Notes: generated by a model not told the origin, from the letters alone. Shown: positions 46,937 through 56,576, numbered from the stretch's first letter. The stretch is DNA of 64,000 bases from Oscillospiraceae bacterium (GCA_963603365.1 CAVCMI010000009.1:9346-73345); one strand, 5' to 3'. Numbers and translations: made by a program.

Positions 46937-48218
46937 CTATCAAGTCCCTTTCAAGTACACCTTTAACATCATAGACTACGCCGTTTGTCTTTACGAGAGA
47001 ACGGATGTCGAGATCAAGGAAAACAGCATGGGCCACGGCCAGGATTGCTGCATCAAACTGTTGGTCTTGTGGCAGTTGGCTGCAAATAGCAATGCCATAC
47101 TCATCAAGGACCTTGTCAGGATTTGCCCATGGGTCATAAACGGTAATGTTGCGGGTATATTCCGTCAAAGTGTGATAGACATCGACCACTTTCGTATTTC
47201 GGACATCCGGGCAGTTTTCCTTGAAAGTAATGCCGAGAATCAGCACTTCAGCATCTTTCACAAGAATGCCTTTTTTGTTCATGCACTTTATTGCTTGGTT
47301 TGCCACATAGGCTCCCATACCGTCATTTAGACGACGGGCGTTGCTCATCACGCGGGGCAACACGCCGTAAACCTGCGCTTTTTGTATCAGGTAATAGGGG
47401 TCAACCGAAATGCAGTGTCCGCCTACAAGCCCCGGGCTCAACTTGATGAAGTTCCATTTGCTGGAAGCAGCCTCGATCACATCATGCGTGTCGATACCCA
47501 TGGCATTGAAAATCTTTGCCAGTTCGTTCATAAAGGCAATGTTCACGTCACGCTGCGAATTTTCAATGATTTTAGAGGCTTCCGCCACTTTTATGCTGGG
47601 AGCTTTATGCGTGCCGTTCACCAAAACGCTGTTATAGACATCGTCCACCAGTTGGGCTGTTTCGGGCGTGGAACCGGAAGTCACTTTCCGGATTTTCTCG
47701 ACGCTATGCTCTTTGTCGCCGGGATTGATTCTTTCCGGAGAGTAGCCTGCATAGAAATCCTGATTGAAGCGAAGACCTGACACCTTTTCAACCACTGGCA
47801 GACACTCCTCTTCGGTAACGCCAGGATAAACGGTTGACTCATAAACCACTACTGGTTTGTCTAAAATGCCTTTTGTACGCCGTTGCTTGAAAATCCTGCC
47901 CACGGTTTCGGACGCGCTCCACAACGGCTTCAAGTCTGGGCGGTTGTTCTCATCAACGGGCGTAGGAACTGCCACCACAAAAAAATTGCAGTCGAGCAAG
48001 TCTTCTGTCAAGGTCGTGCAGAAGAAACCGTGGTTGTCAATCGCGTCCCGAAGCAGTTCGTCGGACACTTCAAGTGTGGCATCATGCCCTGACATTAAGG
48101 CATCAACGCGCTTTTGGTTCATGTCGTAACCTACAGTTTTGAATTTTGTAGAGAAAAGTCGTGCCAAAGGCAACCCTACATAGCCAAGACCGACAACAGC
48201 AATTCTGATGTTTTTCAT
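46923..48218 (-). CDS. Nucleotide-sugar (UDP-N-acetyl-hexosamine) 6-dehydrogenase, TviB/WbpO/WbpA-like
   Basis: 431 aa with VVGLGYVGLPLA and the catalytic region GLVGGHCISVDPYY. Confidence 0.85.
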   Translation of the reverse strand: MKNIRIAVVGLGYVGLPLARLFSTKFKTVGYDMNQKRVDALMSGHDATLEVSDELLRDAIDNHGFFCTTLTEDLLDCNFFVVAVPTPVDENNRPDLKPLWSASETVGRIFKQRRTKGILDKPVVVYESTVYPGVTEEECLPVVEKVSGLRFNQDFYAGYSPERINPGDKEHSVEKIRKVTSGSTPETAQLVDDVYNSVLVNGTHKAPSIKVAEASKIIENSQRDVNIAFMNELAKIFNAMGIDTHDVIEAASSKWNFIKLSPGLVGGHCISVDPYYLIQKAQVYGVLPRVMSNARRLNDGMGAYVANQAIKCMNKKGILVKDAEVLILGITFKENCPDVRNTKVVDVYHTLTEYTRNITVYDPWANPDKVLDEYGIAICSQLPQDQQFDAAILAVAHAVFLDLDIRSLVKTNGVVYDVKGVLERDLIDGRL

Positions 48219-48246
48219 TGTCTATAATTTATCAAATAAAAGCGGG

Positions 48247-48254
48247 CAAAAATA
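48247..48254 (-). promoter_or_regulatory. -7 box (TATTTTTG on minus strand) upstream of the sugar dehydrogenase gene
   Basis: The reverse complement of CAAAAATA, 29 nt upstream of the ATG. Confidence 0.5.
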
Positions 48255-48315
48255 ACATAAAATCCCCTATTGCGCAAAGGTTTTTTTCAGGACATCCAGC
48301 AAATTGAGAAACAAG

Positions 48316-48345
48316 AAAGGAGCATATTCTTGATATGCTCCTTTT
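48316..48345 (-). terminator. Hairpin downstream of tRNA-Cys
   Basis: GGAGCATA-ttcttga-TATGCTCC (8 bp), followed on the minus strand by a U-rich TTTCTTGTTTC. It is a weak terminator. Confidence 0.4.
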
Positions 48346-48351
48346 GGAGAG

Positions 48352-48422
48352 AGGTCTCTTCCAGATTCGAACTGGAGTCAACGGTTTTGCAGACCGGTAC
48401 CTAACCACTCGGCCAAGAGACC
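48352..48422 (-). tRNA. tRNA-Cys (anticodon GCA)
   Basis: Acceptor GGTCTCT/AGAGACC, discriminator U73, anticodon loop CTGCAAA, T-arm TCCAG-TTCGAAT-CTGGA. Confidence 0.9.
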
Positions 48423-48437
48423 TGCTTTTTGAGGTTG

Positions 48438-48445
48438 CAAAGATA
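48438..48445 (-). promoter_or_regulatory. -7 box (TATCTTTG on minus strand) upstream of tRNA-Cys
   Basis: Matches TAnnTTTG, 16 nt upstream of the mature tRNA 5' end. Confidence 0.5.
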
Positions 48446-48472
48446 CGATTATTTTTTAAACAACCAAATATT

Positions 48473-48907
48473 TTATTTGTTCGGGTACGGAATAACTATA
48501 TCGTCGCAATACTCACAACGATACGAACGTTTTTCCTTGTTCACGAGATGGAAAACATGGTCAAAATAACGTTCCACAGAGGTGACGCATCTCGGATTTT
48601 TGCATTGAATGATGTTCGTTATCGTCTCCGGCACTTCCAATTTCACCTTATTGATGATTTTGCCGTTCTCGATAATATTGACGGTGGCATTCGGGTCAAT
48701 CAGACCGAGAAAATCGTAATTGATATCGATGACATTATTGATTTTGATGATATCTTTCTTTCCCATCTTCTCGCTGTAGGCATTGATAATCAATGCCACA
48801 TTGTAATCGGCCTTGTCCAAATGCAGATAGTTGAAAACCGTAGTGCCATAGCCTGCCTTGATGTGGTCAATGACAATTCCTTTTTCTATACTGGTAACTT
48901 CCAACAT
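48473..48907 (-). CDS. pyrI: Aspartate carbamoyltransferase regulatory subunit
   Basis: 144 aa with IEKGIVIDHI and the C-terminal Zn cluster CKNPRC...CEYC. Confidence 0.9.
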   Translation of the reverse strand: MLEVTSIEKGIVIDHIKAGYGTTVFNYLHLDKADYNVALIINAYSEKMGKKDIIKINNVIDINYDFLGLIDPNATVNIIENGKIINKVKLEVPETITNIIQCKNPRCVTSVERYFDHVFHLVNKEKRSYRCEYCDDIVIPYPNK

Positions 48908-48922
48908 GATTGATTGCTTGAT

Positions 48923-49846
48923 TTAATAAATTCCTAAAAGTTTTAGTATCAATGCCATACGGACAAACATTCCATTTTTGGCCTGGTTAAAGTACTGTGC
49001 GCGCGGGTCATCGTCCACCTCGGGGCTGATTTCATTCACGCGTGGCAGCGGATGCAGGATATAGGTGTCGGGGCGTGCATACGACATTTTCTCTTTGTCA
49101 AGGATAAACCTGTCTTTAAGGCGGATGTAATCCTCTTCATTGAAAAAGCGCTCGCGCTGTACGCGGGTCATATACAAGAAGTCAAGCTGGCCCATATACG
49201 ATTCCATTTGGTCCACCTCTTGGAAAGGAATGCCTTTTTTGCGGACAATTTCCTCCCTGATATATTCGGGCACGCGCAGTTCTTCGGGGGAGATGAAGAT
49301 AAATTTGACGCCTTCATAGTTGCTGAGGAACTTCACCAACGAGTGGACTGTTCTGCCGAACTTGAGGTCGCCGCAGAAACCGTATGTCTTGTTTTCCACG
49401 CCGCCGCGCAGCCGTTCTATCGTAAGGATGTCCGTCAACGTCTGGGTAGGATGTTGGTGACCGCCGTCGCCGGCATTGATTAGCGGCATCTTGATGAAAT
49501 GGCTTGCCATACGGGGCGCTCCCTCTTTAGGGTGACGCATGGCGGCAATGTCAGCATAGCACTCGATGGTACGCAACGTGTCGGCAATGCTCTCGCCTTT
49601 GGCCACAGAACTTGAATTGGGTTCCGAAAAGCCGATTACCTTGCCTCCCAGCCGCAGCATTGCAGCCTCAAAACTGAAGCGTGTACGAGTGCTGGGTTCA
49701 TAAAAAAGAGTTGCCAGGATTTTTCCTTCGCAACTCTTACTGTATTTTTCCGGATCTGCAATAATTTGATGAGCCAAATCAAATATTTCGCGAAACTCTT
49801 CGCGCGTGAAATCCGACGGGTCGATTAAGCTCCTGTTCTTTAACAA
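48923..49846 (-). CDS. pyrB: Aspartate carbamoyltransferase catalytic subunit
   Basis: 307 aa with [13 protein letters not shown] and HPLPR. The start codon is TTG. No in-frame ATG precedes the conserved STRTR region at a sensible distance. Confidence 0.9.
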   Translation of the reverse strand: MLKNRSLIDPSDFTREEFREIFDLAHQIIADPEKYSKSCEGKILATLFYEPSTRTRFSFEAAMLRLGGKVIGFSEPNSSSVAKGESIADTLRTIECYADIAAMRHPKEGAPRMASHFIKMPLINAGDGGHQHPTQTLTDILTIERLRGGVENKTYGFCGDLKFGRTVHSLVKFLSNYEGVKFIFISPEELRVPEYIREEIVRKKGIPFQEVDQMESYMGQLDFLYMTRVQRERFFNEEDYIRLKDRFILDKEKMSYARPDTYILHPLPRVNEISPEVDDDPRAQYFNQAKNGMFVRMALILKLLGIY

Positions 49847-49852
49847 AATAAA

Positions 49853-49860
49853 ACCTCCTT
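49853..49860 (-). promoter_or_regulatory. Shine-Dalgarno AAGGAGGT, 6 nt upstream of the pyrB TTG start
   Basis: Minus strand reads AAGGAGGT-tttatt-TTG. It is the only strong SD I found in front of any gene in the window. Confidence 0.6.
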
Positions 49861-49915
49861 ATGTTTGATTATCACTAATTTACAACTCAAAGTCTTCACA
49901 TTACATTAAATTGTG

Positions 49916-49923
49916 CAAAAGTA
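49916..49923 (-). promoter_or_regulatory. -7 box (TACTTTTG on minus strand) upstream of pyrBI
   Basis: Matches TAnnTTTG and implies a leader of about 60 nt. Confidence 0.45.
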
Positions 49924-49987
49924 GGCAATTATTTTTATCCATGCCACAATTCCACCGACTATTTATGAACATTTTTAGAATTGCCCG

Positions 49988-52900
49988 CTACTGTATTGTC
50001 AAACTGCTGAAAAGCAAACTCTTAGGGAAAAGAACAGAAACAGGGAATCCTGCAAGCGGCATTTCAGGTATTCCGGCGCATTTAGACTGTCCATGCGACA
50101 GCATATTAGCCACTGCGGTTTCTTTGGATGCCGCCACCACCTTACTGAAAAGACGCATATTTATTATTTCGGTGCGACGGATGCGCACAAGCGTCTTCTT
50201 GCCATCTGACAGGTTGACTTTATAGGCATAGACGGGAATACAATCCGACATTTCGTTGCCGGTATAGTCGGGCATTTTCACTATCTCATAAATGTACCGC
50301 CAGCCGGCTTGACGTGCCAACTTTCGCGCTTTCTGGAAAATTTCGGCATCGCTGCAATGGCTGTGGCATTTGAGTTCGAGAACACCGGCACCGCAAGTCG
50401 CCACCAACCTTCCCTCCGACAACGCAAGCCGCTGATGACCGTTTGAAAATCTGACGGCGGCCGTAGGTGTACGGTTTGACAACAATGTATACAGACGGCC
50501 TCGTTCAATCACCTCCATCCGTTCTTCAGCCGGAATCCCCTCCGCATCTGTTGTATAACGTCCGATGAGTCGGTCTGCATGCCGTTTACCGCAGCCATAT
50601 CCAGAATAGACATCAATCAACGGACTGACCACTATTTGGTTAATCTTATCAACTAAATAATTGTAACTATTGCTATTAGATTGTATCAGCGGCCGTACGG
50701 CAATCAATGAAGGCGTGTGCTCCAAAAATGCCTGCTTGAACAAAACCGCAGCAGCCGGTCCTGACACAATGACCGGCCCGTCATAGATGTCTTTTGTCAA
50801 GGGCGCCGAGCGCAGTTCCGACAACATCCTCATCATAGCGAGTGCAGAATCTGACAAATGGGAGACATCTGACAAGCCAGAGAGGTCGCGGAAAAAGAAA
50901 TGGCTGCAGTCGCGCAACGGCATTCCGTCGTCATCAGCGGTTTCGGCATAAATCTGCACGCAAACTATTTGGAACGGCTGCTCGTAGCGTATGCCTTGCG
51001 CCGACAGATAGTAGGCGTTTGCTTTGTACGCATACACATTTACCCCAAAGCCCAGCATCGTATTCAACGCCACCGTGTCGCTGTTGATATCAGCAGATAT
51101 GCTATTCGCCAAGTCCTGAAAAAGTTCAAGCGACCATTGTCCTGTTGCAGTACTGTCAAAAAAATCGTTCCTGAATGCGCGGGAGCGGTCGGGCGGCAAA
51201 GATGAGACACGGTTGTATGGCCATTGCGCCAAAGCCTGCTGCTTCTCTGCATAGTCAGCAAGCGCCTGCCGGTAGGAGCGGTCAGCCGACAGGTGCAAAG
51301 CCTGTCGCAAATTGCTGCCGTTTTCGTCAAGTGGCAAGTCAAAGGCTGTTTCTGACCAGTCCTTTTCGGCACAATTCTCGTTGTTCAACTTGTCATTGCC
51401 AACCCTGACTTGCGTTTCAACGCTTCTTTTCGGCATTTCAGAAAGCAGGACAGTGCTGCCCATTATGCTTTTCACCCGATACAGGGTTGCGTCTGTGACC
51501 AGAAAGTCGAGGTCGTACGCCAGAGGATACACGCGCAGTGCCGTATCTTGAAAAAACGCGGTCATCTCTTCTTGAATCATAGAAGAGCAGACTTCCGAAA
51601 ACTGTCCGGAGGCATCGTGACCGTCGTCCATAGTCGTGAGCGGAGACAGCAAAGCCGGCATCTCGTCGCACTGAACAACCTCCGTCGCCATAGCCGAAAG
51701 CAGCACCGCCGGTGCCGTGCAACGCTTCGGATTCCGACCGGTCAGTAACGGGGGCACAACAGACACCTCCGGCATCTTCCCGCACGACAGCACGGCTGGG
51801 CAAACCATCGTCAAATCTGCAAAACGCAAGCCGCGCACCAGTTTGCCCGTGCCGTTCTCATCATCGACATAAACCCGGTAAACTTCTTGTGGCACTATCT
51901 CACCATCCGGCGTGAACATGATATTGCGAATCCAATAGCCGTAAGGCTTGCCTTGACGGGCGGTCTCTGTTTTCAATGCATCAAGAAGTTCAGAATCCGG
52001 TTTCGGGGAACGGGCAGCAGCCGCGAATCCGCGATCGTCGGAAGAGAACGACAGTGCGGGAGAAACAGCACGATGTGATTTTATGATTCCGGCATAAAGC
52101 ACTGCCGAAGCCACCGTTCCCGACATCAGCACAGGGCAAACGGTCGATTCTGCGACCGGTGCCTCAGCCGTGCGGCAAAGTCGGGCATACAATTCGTGCA
52201 TATCGGACAGAATCTCCGACTCTTGGGGAAGGTCGTTCGGATAGTCCGCCGACATCGTCTTTGTACAGGTAACCGGCATTCCGTCATCGGCGAGTGCCGA
52301 CATTGAAAGCGTAAGCACCGAGACATTGCTGTTGGTCACGGCACAATCGTCGCCATTGCTCAGAGTGTATGTCCTGACGTAAGAATAGTGCAGCCGCGCC
52401 GAGCCATTGCGGCAGTTTTCGAAAGTTTTGCAAAGAGCAGTGCAGTCATTCAGCCGTTTTTCCCAGCCCTCCATACAGGCGGAAGCCGTATTGTCACGCG
52501 GCGGCTCGAAAGAAGGGCTCTGATGCGGCGACTCGAAAACCATTCGGTGTTTCGGTTTCCCGAGCGACTCTTGAAGATGCCTTTTCTGATGCTTTCTTAA
52601 TGTCTGCTCATACACAACACTCACCTCCCGGTTCAATGCGGCGACGACAGCCTGCTCATTGAGGTCGGAGGGGAAGAACGGCAAGGTGTCGGACGAGCAT
52701 CCTTCGGTATAATCACCGGAATCAAGGTCTCCGACAATCAATCTGACGGAAAAGCGGGAATCGAAACGGTAGCGTTTTTCCTTTGCGCTGCCCATTTGGG
52801 AAGCAAGGATAAAGTCTTCCTGCTTATCAATGCGGCAATAGAGGGAACATAGCGGCGCTTCGCCGTGCCGGTAACGTTCAACGCATTGCCGGAGTTGCGT

Positions 52901-53014
52901 CTGTACGAAATCCACGAACATCTTTTCGTCCGTCAGGGACTGCGCCTTTCCGCTCAATGCGGCGAACGCGAAAGCCGTCCAAAAGATTGTCGCACGGAAA
53001 CGCCAGGACATCAT
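49988..53014 (-). CDS. Large exported protein composed of two TldD/PmbA-like repeats (no HExxxH)
   Basis: 1008 aa with signal peptide MMSWRFRATIFWTAFAFAALSGKAQS. Internal duplication is visible (ADDGMPVTC vs DDDGMPLRDC; PVLMSGTVASAVLY vs PVIVSGPAAAVLF). The second half has DAEGIPAEERMEVIERGRLYTLL...SNGHQR, which resembles the TldD/PmbA core. The ORF is solid, but the family call is from memory. Confidence 0.55.
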   Translation of the reverse strand: MMSWRFRATIFWTAFAFAALSGKAQSLTDEKMFVDFVQTQLRQCVERYRHGEAPLCSLYCRIDKQEDFILASQMGSAKEKRYRFDSRFSVRLIVGDLDSGDYTEGCSSDTLPFFPSDLNEQAVVAALNREVSVVYEQTLRKHQKRHLQESLGKPKHRMVFESPHQSPSFEPPRDNTASACMEGWEKRLNDCTALCKTFENCRNGSARLHYSYVRTYTLSNGDDCAVTNSNVSVLTLSMSALADDGMPVTCTKTMSADYPNDLPQESEILSDMHELYARLCRTAEAPVAESTVCPVLMSGTVASAVLYAGIIKSHRAVSPALSFSSDDRGFAAAARSPKPDSELLDALKTETARQGKPYGYWIRNIMFTPDGEIVPQEVYRVYVDDENGTGKLVRGLRFADLTMVCPAVLSCGKMPEVSVVPPLLTGRNPKRCTAPAVLLSAMATEVVQCDEMPALLSPLTTMDDGHDASGQFSEVCSSMIQEEMTAFFQDTALRVYPLAYDLDFLVTDATLYRVKSIMGSTVLLSEMPKRSVETQVRVGNDKLNNENCAEKDWSETAFDLPLDENGSNLRQALHLSADRSYRQALADYAEKQQALAQWPYNRVSSLPPDRSRAFRNDFFDSTATGQWSLELFQDLANSISADINSDTVALNTMLGFGVNVYAYKANAYYLSAQGIRYEQPFQIVCVQIYAETADDDGMPLRDCSHFFFRDLSGLSDVSHLSDSALAMMRMLSELRSAPLTKDIYDGPVIVSGPAAAVLFKQAFLEHTPSLIAVRPLIQSNSNSYNYLVDKINQIVVSPLIDVYSGYGCGKRHADRLIGRYTTDAEGIPAEERMEVIERGRLYTLLSNRTPTAAVRFSNGHQRLALSEGRLVATCGAGVLELKCHSHCSDAEIFQKARKLARQAGWRYIYEIVKMPDYTGNEMSDCIPVYAYKVNLSDGKKTLVRIRRTEIINMRLFSKVVAASKETAVANMLSHGQSKCAGIPEMPLAGFPVSVLFPKSLLFSSLTIQ

Positions 53015-53023
53015 ATTTGGAAA

Positions 53024-54307
53024 CTAATCCCGGAACATAGTTGACTCCCTGTCGGGACCGACGGAAATGACAGAGACCTTTGTCTGGACTTTTTCTTCAA
53101 TAAACTGCACATAATCTTTGAACGGCTGCGGCATCGATTCATAATTGCGGATGGTGCTGATGTCCTGTTTCCAGCCGGGGAGCGAAATATAAACCGGTTC
53201 AATATCTGCGAAGGAATCTGCGGGCATCCTGTCTGTCAATTGTCCGTTAACTTTATAGGCAATGCAGACGTTTATCGTATCGAAGTCAGACAACACGTCG
53301 GCTTTTGTAAGTGCGATGTCGGTGACGCCATTGATCATAATAGCGTATTTGAGTGCCACCAGGTCGAGCCAGCCGCAGCGGCGCGGCCGTCCGGTAGTTG
53401 CCCCGAACTCCCTGCCTTGGCGGCGCAGGCGTTCGCCGGCCTCGTCAAACAGTTCCGTCGGGAAGGGACCGCTGCCCACACGGGTGCAATAAGCCTTAAC
53501 GATACCGATGACCTTGCCGGCATAATGCGGAGAGAGTCCGAGCCCGGTGAAAGCGCCGGCGGCAATCGTATTGGAAGATGTCACAAACGGATAAGCCCCG
53601 AACTCGAGATCCAGCAACGTGCCCTGTGCTCCCTCTGCCAAGACGGTCTTTCCTTGCTGCATGTAGGAGAGCAGTTCGTACTCGCAGTCGATGACCTTAA
53701 ACTGCTTCAACGTCTCAAGAGAAGAGAGCCATTCCTTTTCCATCTCATCCAATCGTTGGCGGAGGTTCTCTACGGGATAACGTTCAAGAATATCTGAATG
53801 ACGAGTCACAGCGTCATGGTATTTTTCCAGAAAACCGGGTGAGAGCAAGTCGCAGACACGCAGACCTGAACGGGCCGTCTTGTCCGTATAGGCCGGGCCG
53901 ATGCCACGAAGCGTAGAGCCGATCTTCATCTTGCCCTTTTGAGTCTCGAATGCTGCATCCAGCAGCCGGTGTGTAGGAAGTATCAGATGTGCCTTTGCGG
54001 AAATGAAAAGGTTGTCGGTCGGGGTCAGCCCCAGATTCACCAGCGAGCGTATCTCCTGCTCAAAAACCACGGGGTCTATCACCACCCCGTTCCCGATCAC
54101 ATTGACCTTGTCTTTATGGAAAATCCCGGAGGGGATAATATGGAGCACATGGCGCATCCCGTTGAATTCCAAAGAGTGTCCCGCATTGGGGCCGCCCTGG
54201 AAACGGGCTATCACGTCATAATACGGAGTCTCTACATCCACTATTTTCCCTTTCCCCTCGTCTCCCCACTGCAATCCCAACAAAATATCGATTTTCATAT
54301 TCTTCAT
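53024..54307 (-). CDS. purA: Adenylosuccinate synthase
   Basis: QWGDEGKGKIVD and GIGPAY motifs. The start is either MKNMKID (54307) or MKID (54298). The track's MYFCACSTEIKAA extension is promoter read-through. Confidence 0.93.
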   Translation of the reverse strand: MKNMKIDILLGLQWGDEGKGKIVDVETPYYDVIARFQGGPNAGHSLEFNGMRHVLHIIPSGIFHKDKVNVIGNGVVIDPVVFEQEIRSLVNLGLTPTDNLFISAKAHLILPTHRLLDAAFETQKGKMKIGSTLRGIGPAYTDKTARSGLRVCDLLSPGFLEKYHDAVTRHSDILERYPVENLRQRLDEMEKEWLSSLETLKQFKVIDCEYELLSYMQQGKTVLAEGAQGTLLDLEFGAYPFVTSSNTIAAGAFTGLGLSPHYAGKVIGIVKAYCTRVGSGPFPTELFDEAGERLRRQGREFGATTGRPRRCGWLDLVALKYAIMINGVTDIALTKADVLSDFDTINVCIAYKVNGQLTDRMPADSFADIEPVYISLPGWKQDISTIRNYESMPQPFKDYVQFIEEKVQTKVSVISVGPDRESTMFRD

Positions 54308-54335
54308 TGCGGCTTTTATTTCTGTTGAACAGGCG

Positions 54336-54343
54336 CAAAAATA
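54336..54343 (-). promoter_or_regulatory. -7 box (TATTTTTG on minus strand) upstream of purA
   Basis: The reverse complement of CAAAAATA. Confidence 0.5.
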
Positions 54344-54392
54344 CACTTTTTTTATGCTGTCCCGAATAAAACGTTCCTTATCCTATTTTTTG

Positions 54393-54400
54393 TATTTTTG
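54393..54400 (+). promoter_or_regulatory. -7 box (TATTTTTG) upstream of trxA
   Basis: Lies within TTTTTTGTATTTTTGCCACC, 42 nt upstream of the ATG. Confidence 0.5.
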
Positions 54401-54441
54401 CCACCTTGAATAAAATTTTAACGCATTAAATAAACATTATT

Positions 54442-54756
54442 ATGGCATTAGCAATCAACTCCAGCAATTTTGAGACATTGACCAGTGGAGACAAATTGGT
54501 CATCATTGATTTTTGGGCGCAATGGTGCGGACCCTGCAAAGCATTAAGTCCCATCATTGAAGAATTGGCCCAAGAATATGAAAACGAAGTCATCATCGGG
54601 AAATGTGACGTTGACGAAAACAACGAATTGGCTGCACAGTTCGGTGTCATGAACATCCCGATGCTGGTTTTCTTAAAGAATGGCGAAATGGCGGATGCCC
54701 TTGTCGGGCTGGTTTCCAAAGACGCCATTGTAAAGAAAATCGAAGCGCTTAAATAG
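54442..54756 (+). CDS. trxA: Thioredoxin
   Basis: 104 aa with the active site WAQWCGPCK. Confidence 0.92.
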   Translation: MALAINSSNFETLTSGDKLVIIDFWAQWCGPCKALSPIIEELAQEYENEVIIGKCDVDENNELAAQFGVMNIPMLVFLKNGEMADALVGLVSKDAIVKKIEALK

Positions 54757-54799
54757 TTTTTTTTGAAATTCATTAAATTACTCACTAATAAAAATTGTC

Positions 54800-56485
54800 A
54801 TGATTGATTTCTTCACAAACCATCGTATGATGGCTATGTTGATTGCAATTCTTATCGTTGTAATCCCGTTCATCATCTATTATGTAACCATTGCCAAGCG
54901 TGAGCATCCGAAAGGGCTCGTTGCTGCTGCGTTGAGCAACATGGGCGAGCGGTTCGGCTATTACATCATGAATGCCATCCTGCTGCTCTTTTTGGTTTCC
55001 AAGTTCGGTCTGCCCGATGCCACTGCCGGCACCATTTATTCGGTGTTCTATTTTGGCATTTACGTGCTTAGCCTTGTTGGCGGTATCATTGCCGACCGTA
55101 CGCAAAACTACAACAAGACAATCCAATGGGGTCTGATCATCATGTCCATCGGCTATGTGGCGTTGGCCATTCCGTTGTTCAGCAAGGATGCCAACGGTTT
55201 CATTGTTGACGGCAATCCTCAATGGTGGTCCATTCTCATCTTCACCTGCATCGCGCTGCTTTGCATCTCGTTCGGCAACGGCCTGTTCAAAGGCAACCTC
55301 CAGGCCATCGTCGGCAAGATGTACGACGAGTTTGAGGCCGAAGCCGCCAAGAAAGGCGAGGATGCTCTGAAAATCGCAAAAGAGAAACGCGACTCGGGCT
55401 TTCAGATTTTCTACGTATTCATCAACATCGGCGGTGTCGTTGCCCCATTTGTGGCTCCGCTGCTCCGCGAATGGTGGCTCAAAGCCCATCACTTCGTTTA
55501 CAACTCCGACATGCCCAGTCTCTGTCACCAGTTCCTGAGCGGCAAGGGGACAGAAATCGCCACCAAGTTTGAAGAAACCAAGGCACTTGTAATGAACGGA
55601 TACCAGTTTGTGGACAATGCCACATTCTGTTCCGACTACATCACCGTATTCAACCAAGGTATCCATTTTGCATTCATCGCCTCCGTGGTGGCCATGCTCG
55701 TCTCGCTGACCATCTTCTTATGCACGAAGAAGAACTTCCCGCAACCCGCAAAGAAAGAAAAGCAGGAAGTTGTCGAATACACGGCTGAAGAGAAACAAGC
55801 CATGGCTAAAGAGATCAAACAGCGTCTTTACGCTCTTTTTGCTGTGCTTGGCATCGCCATCTTCTTCTGGCTGTCATTCCATCAGAACGGCCAATCATTG
55901 TCGGTTTTCGCCCGCGATTTTGTTCAGACGGATTCCATCGCCCCTGAAATCTGGCAAGCCTTGAACCCCTTCTTCGTCATATTCCTGACTCCGATTGTCA
56001 TGATTTCTTTCGCCGCTCTTGCCAGAAAAGGCAAAGGCATCTCTACTCCCCGCAAAATCGCTGTCGGCATGGCCATTGCCGGATGTGCATATCTGTTTTT
56101 GGCTATCATCTCGATTGTCAACCACTATCCTTCCGGAACCGATTTCCGCGCCATGGATACACAAACCATGTTAGCAGAAGGATTGTCAAAAGCCGGCCCA
56201 TGGGTGCTTATCGTAACCTACTTTTTCCTGACCGTCGCCGAACTGTTCATTTCCCCGTTGGGCCTTTCCTTTGTCTCTAAGGTTGCCCCGAGAAATATGG
56301 TCGGACTTTGCCAAGGGCTTTGGCTTGGAGCCACCGCCATCGGAAACCTGATGATCTGGATCGGACCCGTTATGTACAACGCATGGCCCATTTGGAAATG
56401 CTGGGGCGTGTTCTTCGTCATCTGCCTCGTCTCTATGAGCGTGATGCTGGGTATGGTAAAATGGCTTGAACGCGTAGCCAAATAG
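54800..56485 (+). CDS. Proton-dependent oligopeptide transporter (POT/PTR2, MFS)
   Basis: 561 aa with about 14 TM helices. It has an ExxERFxYY-like motif (MGERFGYYIM) and GGIIADR. Confidence 0.85.
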   Translation: MIDFFTNHRMMAMLIAILIVVIPFIIYYVTIAKREHPKGLVAAALSNMGERFGYYIMNAILLLFLVSKFGLPDATAGTIYSVFYFGIYVLSLVGGIIADRTQNYNKTIQWGLIIMSIGYVALAIPLFSKDANGFIVDGNPQWWSILIFTCIALLCISFGNGLFKGNLQAIVGKMYDEFEAEAAKKGEDALKIAKEKRDSGFQIFYVFINIGGVVAPFVAPLLREWWLKAHHFVYNSDMPSLCHQFLSGKGTEIATKFEETKALVMNGYQFVDNATFCSDYITVFNQGIHFAFIASVVAMLVSLTIFLCTKKNFPQPAKKEKQEVVEYTAEEKQAMAKEIKQRLYALFAVLGIAIFFWLSFHQNGQSLSVFARDFVQTDSIAPEIWQALNPFFVIFLTPIVMISFAALARKGKGISTPRKIAVGMAIAGCAYLFLAIISIVNHYPSGTDFRAMDTQTMLAEGLSKAGPWVLIVTYFFLTVAELFISPLGLSFVSKVAPRNMVGLCQGLWLGATAIGNLMIWIGPVMYNAWPIWKCWGVFFVICLVSMSVMLGMVKWLERVAK

Positions 56486-56522
56486 TCTCCCCCACCCTGA
56501 ACTGAACTAAACTATCATAAAG

Positions 56523-56563
56523 AGAGAGCCAGCTTTTGCAAAAGCCGGCTCTCTTGTTTTTTT
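56523..56563 (+). terminator. Strong Rho-independent terminator after the POT transporter
   Basis: AGAGAGCCAGCTTTTG/CAAAAGCCGGCTCTCT (16 bp, 1 mismatch) followed by TGTTTTTTT. Confidence 0.75.
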
Positions 56564-56576
56564 GGGCAACCCTAAC

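Noticed and set aside
49896-49906. Two overlapping start-stop mini-ORFs (ATGTAATGTGA) in the pyrB leader
   Set aside because: The sequence is too short to distinguish from chance, and no SD or attenuator hairpin is associated with it.
54785-55666. 293-aa minus-strand ORF opposite the POT transporter
   Set aside because: It is antisense to a 14-TM transporter with POT signature motifs and has no supporting features.
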